Positions 61,023 through 64,000 of a DNA stretch of 64,000 bases are shown here, piece by piece. Both the position numbers and the translations under genes were made by a program. Origin of the DNA: an uncultured Gammaproteobacteria bacterium. GTDB taxonomy: Bacteria; Patescibacteriota; Patescibacteriia; CAZGFX01. Below the pieces are notes generated by a model, which made no database searches, was not told where the DNA came from, and worked only from the letters and a program-made list of their open reading frames with translations. The stretch is from assembly GCA_964524845.1 (NCBI GenBank), contig CAZGFX010000002.1, positions 85,389 to 149,388 on the forward strand. Direction: 5' to 3'. How positions within the stretch are numbered: the first letter of the stretch is position 1; each line of letters starts with the position of its first letter.

Positions 61023-61190
61023 GAAAGTGCCTGTCCTGACGCATGTCAGGAAGAGGTCTCGCCCACTACACGTCGCTTTGCTCATCATCAACCGTAACCA
61101 TTTTCACAATCGCATTTTTATAGGTGCGGTTTTTTGTTTCTAAATAAAAAACTCTCTTCTTTTTTATAGATAGAGAGTTTGAATTATTAT

Positions 61191-61439
61191 TCACATTAAG
61201 TCTTGATTGTCCCGCGCACCATATTTCTCATAATTATTGTCGCACCTTGTACAATGAGCACCGAATTTATCAATTCCGGTTCCTTTACAACGATGACACA
61301 AGCGAGGATGATCCGAATTTATTCCCATACAAAGAACACAAGAAAAACCTCCATAGGAACCTGTTCCATGACAAGCATTACATTTTCCATCTCCTCTGGG
61401 AACAATCGTATTAAATCTTTTATACTCGTTTTCGCTCAT
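61191..61439 (-). CDS. small cysteine-rich protein with DnaJ-type CxxCxGxG zinc-finger repeats
   Basis: 82 aa; CNACHGTG, CVLCMG, CHRCKGTG, CTRC; strong promoter and AAGGAG RBS upstream. Confidence 0.6.
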   Translation of the reverse strand: MSENEYKRFNTIVPRGDGKCNACHGTGSYGGFSCVLCMGINSDHPRLCHRCKGTGIDKFGAHCTRCDNNYEKYGARDNQDLM

Positions 61440-61468
61440 GTTTTGCTCCTTTTTTAGCTTTTTTTATC

Positions 61469-61496
61469 ATTTTAGGTCGTTTTAATATTTTGTCAA
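61469..61496 (-). promoter_or_regulatory. sigma-70-type promoter for the zinc-finger protein gene
   Basis: Minus-strand TTGACA (61496-61491), 16-nt spacer, TAAAAT (61474-61469), then AAGGAG RBS before the ATG at 61439. Confidence 0.5.
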
Positions 61497-61578
61497 TTGT
61501 ATTATTCGTGTTCTTATGCTAATATTGGGATCCGTTCTTTAAAAAATTAAACAAAAGCTCCTGAAAGGGGGTGTTCGT

Positions 61579-61773
61579 ATGAGCATCGAAAAATGGGAAA
61601 GGGACTTTATAATAAAGTCCTCTGTAGTCCCAATCAATGGAGTAGAGACACACATACATCCGTTCGGTCCAAAAGAAGATAATGTTAGGATAAAAACAAG
61701 TATCAATATTGGCGATGGAATTCCACCTCTGGAATTGCATAATCCACCTTTTTATCCAACGGACGGGTTTTAA
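61579..61773 (+). CDS. hypothetical small protein
   Basis: 64 aa; AGGGGG RBS 7 nt upstream of ATG; followed by terminator. Preferred over the overlapping minus-strand ORF 61519-61740. Confidence 0.5.
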   Translation: MSIEKWERDFIIKSSVVPINGVETHIHPFGPKEDNVRIKTSINIGDGIPPLELHNPPFYPTDGF

Positions 61774-61793
61774 AAATCTCTACAAACCAAAAC

Positions 61794-61826
61794 AAAACCA
61801 TCAGTTAAAAACTGGTGGTTTTTTTA
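61794..61826 (+). terminator. rho-independent terminator
   Basis: Hairpin ACCATCAG-loop-CTGGTGGT (one G-U pair) followed by TTTTTTT. Confidence 0.55.
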
Positions 61827-61840
61827 TGTAATTGAAAAAC

Positions 61841-62398
61841 ATGATACAATGTCATCAATATTATAATAATATGCTAAATAAACTATCAAAAATAATCCTA
61901 CACGCGCTTCCTGTTGTTATCATGATTGGGCTTATTCCTGTTTTCAAAAATGATTTTGTGCTTACAGGAATATATGTCCTTATTATTATTATTTCGTTTG
62001 CGATCAACTACGAACGAAAAGAATATATATTTTTTATATTCGGTTTTGTCGCGATGTTTATTTCCGAATTCATATTCATATCAACTGGTGTCGAATCGTT
62101 TGAAAGAATAAGTCTGTTCGGAATTATGCCACTCTGGCTTCCATTTCTGTGGGCATATGCGTTCGTTGCAATAAAACGATCTATTATCACAATTCTATAC
62201 GAAAATAAAATATCATCAGAAACATTCGGAAATGAAATATCTATGTGCAGAAAACTTTTTCAAGAAAAAAAATCATGCGCGTGGGGTACGTGCGAATCGT
62301 GCGGTGTAATTCCGCTTCTATACAAACTTCATAAAAATATCTTTATAGAGAAAAAAGAAGAAATTGATAAAATAAAAAACGAGAACCTATCTAAATAA
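61841..62398 (+). CDS. hypothetical membrane protein
   Basis: About 185 aa, 3-4 TM helices, Cys-containing C-terminal tail (CAWGTCESCG); first ATG at 61841 (track start 61832 is TTG). Confidence 0.45.
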   Translation: MIQCHQYYNNMLNKLSKIILHALPVVIMIGLIPVFKNDFVLTGIYVLIIIISFAINYERKEYIFFIFGFVAMFISEFIFISTGVESFERISLFGIMPLWLPFLWAYAFVAIKRSIITILYENKISSETFGNEISMCRKLFQEKKSCAWGTCESCGVIPLLYKLHKNIFIEKKEEIDKIKNENLSK

Positions 62399-62449
62399 AC
62401 ACTAAACAAATATTTAGAATATAATCTTTAAGCCACTTTCTAACAATTA

Positions 62450-62476
62450 TCAGCACTCTAACTATACGATTGCTAA
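62450..62476 (+). promoter_or_regulatory. CIRCE-like inverted repeat (candidate HrcA operator) upstream of clpB
   Basis: TCAGCACTC-N9-GATTGCTAA versus consensus TTAGCACTC-N9-GAGTGCTAA (one mismatch per half-site, exact 9-nt spacer). Confidence 0.45.
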
Positions 62477-62498
62477 TCTATTTTTAATGGTGTATAAT
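62470..62498 (+). promoter_or_regulatory. putative sigma-70 promoter of clpB
   Basis: TTGCTA (62470-62475), 17-nt spacer, TATAAT (62493-62498); -35 overlaps the right CIRCE half-site. Confidence 0.45.
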
Positions 62499-62526
62499 AC
62501 CAATATTATGGTATAATTTCATTTGT

Positions 62527-64000
62527 ATGGACATAAATAAACTTACATTTAAAACACAGGAAATACTCCAAAACTCCCAATCGCTCGCTACGAACACTCG
62601 ATCATCATCAGTAGATATTCCCCACCTAATCAAGACAATTATCACTGATACCGAGAACATCGTGCATAGCATCCTTAATAAAATAAATATTCCGATTTCG
62701 GAAATAGAAAAAATTATTGATGCGGAAATAAAAAAACTTCCAACCATTTCATCTGTCCAAGGAACAGTGCCTTTTTCTAATGATGTACTAAAAACACTTT
62801 CCGAAGCGGAAAAAATCGCAACGAAAAACAAGGACTCTTATATAAGTGTCGAACACGTGTTTGAAGCGATACTCAAACAAGGATTTCCGTATATATCTCA
62901 ATTTAAATTATACGGACTTGACCTAGAATCTTTCGTATCTGCTGTATCAAATGCAAAAGGTTCTGCAAAAATAGACTCCCCCGCTCCGGAGGCGAAGTTT
63001 ATGACACTAGAAAAATACACAATTGATCTAACTGCTAGAGCAGCAAAAGAAGAACTGGACCCGATCATAGGCAGAGATGACGAAATAAGACGAGTCATAC
63101 AAGTTCTCTCAAGAAGAAACAAAAACAATCCTGTTCTTATTGGAGAGCCTGGTGTAGGAAAGACTGCGATCGTTGAAGGACTGGCCCAGCGCATAGTAAA
63201 TGGCGATGTTCCAAACAGCCTTAAAAACAACAAGCTTTTAACACTTGATCTTGGTGCTCTTCTTGCCGGAGCGAAATTTCGAGGAGAGTTTGAGGAACGA
63301 TTGAAATCTGTCATTAGAGAAATAGAGGAGGCTCCGATCAAAATTATTCTTTTCATGGATGAATTACATACGATTGTCGGCGCAGGAGCGGCAGAAGGAG
63401 CGATAGATGCATCCAATCTTCTTAAACCAGCACTAGCGAGAGGAGAATTACGTGCAATTGGCGCCACAACACTCAATGAATACAAAAAATACATTGAAAA
63501 AGATGCCGCTCTTGAAAGAAGGTTTCAGCCGGTTCTCGTGAATGAACCGTCTGTAGACAACAGTATTGCAATACTTCGTGGAATAAAAGAGAAATACGAG
63601 GTACATCACGGTGTTCGTATCACTGATAATGCTGTCGTGGCCGCTGTAAATCTTTCAAAACGATATATTACAGACAGGTTTCTTCCTGACAAAGCAATCG
63701 ACCTTATTGACGAAGCTACCTCGGCACTTCGAATCGCTATTGATTCAATGCCGACCGAACTTGATGTACTTCATCGAAAAATAACTCAGCTTGAAATCGA
63801 AAAGCGCGCATTAACAAAAGAAAAAAACAAGGAAAAAACAGAAACGATTGACAAAGAACTGGCACATCAAAAAGAAAAGTTTGTGGCACTTGAAATAAGA
63901 TGGAAAAAAGAAAAAGAATTGATTAACAAAATACAAGACGCGAAACAACAAATAGATAAACTTAAACAAGAAGCGGAAATCGCTGAAAGAAATTCAAATT
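62527..64000 (+). CDS. clpB: ATP-dependent chaperone ClpB (5' part; continues past window end)
   Basis: Not in ORF track (edge-truncated). [18 protein letters not shown]...; NBD1 Walker [16 protein letters not shown], Walker [10 protein letters not shown], then long M-domain coiled coil; no stop to 64000. Confidence 0.9.
   Translation, partial: MDINKLTFKTQEILQNSQSLATNTRSSSVDIPHLIKTIITDTENIVHSILNKINIPISEIEKIIDAEIKKLPTISSVQGTVPFSNDVLKTLSEAEKIATKNKDSYISVEHVFEAILKQGFPYISQFKLYGLDLESFVSAVSNAKGSAKIDSPAPEAKFMTLEKYTIDLTARAAKEELDPIIGRDDEIRRVIQVLSRRNKNNPVLIGEPGVGKTAIVEGLAQRIVNGDVPNSLKNNKLLTLDLGALLAGAKFRGEFEERLKSVIREIEEAPIKIILFMDELHTIVGAGAAEGAIDASNLLKPALARGELRAIGATTLNEYKKYIEKDAALERRFQPVLVNEPSVDNSIAILRGIKEKYEVHHGVRITDNAVVAAVNLSKRYITDRFLPDKAIDLIDEATSALRIAIDSMPTELDVLHRKITQLEIEKRALTKEKNKEKTETIDKELAHQKEKFVALEIRWKKEKELINKIQDAKQQIDKLKQEAEIAERNSN

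Noticed and set aside
60862-61143. Plus-strand ORF of 93 aa inside the GC-rich segment after tRNA-Glu
   Set aside because: Pro/Arg/Gly/His-rich translation typical of a random frame through GC-rich repeats; no RBS; the region is built of direct repeats and hairpins.
61519-61740. Minus-strand ORF of 73 aa overlapping plus-strand ORF 61579-61773
   Set aside because: The plus-strand ORF has a strong AGGGGG RBS and a downstream terminator; the minus-strand ORF has neither; only the plus-strand gene was kept.
62484-63494. Minus-strand track ORFs 62484-62831 (115 aa) and 62898-63494 (198 aa)
   Set aside because: They lie antisense to an unmistakable clpB reading frame on the plus strand (Walker A/B, M-domain) and their translations are low-complexity; judged spurious.

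Overview
Low-GC, gene-dense bacterial window with almost no pseudogenes; the compact ribosomal proteins, an RNA polymerase alpha subunit lacking its C-terminal domain, a short AlaRS and many single-anchor envelope proteins suggest a reduced Patescibacteria/CPR-like genome (inference, no search run). Contents: (1) a glycan cluster at 1-6669 (GT2, GT4, Wzx flippase, O-antigen-ligase-like protein); (2) a ribosomal/translation block at 6822-12568 (rpsI, rplM, rplQ, rpoA, rpsD, rpsK, rpsM, rpmJ, infA, alaS); (3) transporters, mnmA, two LivJ-like binding proteins and a LOG protein; (4) a three-gene module around a VirD4/HerA-like ATPase next to a sigma-region-4/HARE-HTH protein and secDF; (5) a second large glycosylation cluster at 34395-46754; (6) a subtilase, a GIY-YIG gene flanked by perfect 29-bp inverted repeats, a 1396-aa Ser/Thr-rich surface protein and an ECF sigma/anti-sigma pair; (7) rlmH, tRNA-Ser, tRNA-Glu, a GC-rich repeat segment and the 5' part of clpB behind a CIRCE-like operator. 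The best candidates for something undescribed are the repeat-embedded GIY-YIG element with a related repeat locus beside tRNA-Glu, the surface-protein/protease/glycosylation island with its ECF sigma and a degenerate HtrA-like protein, SecD with an embedded parvulin domain, and the ATPase module. All calls rest on reading the translations and motifs by eye; no database search or structure prediction was possible.
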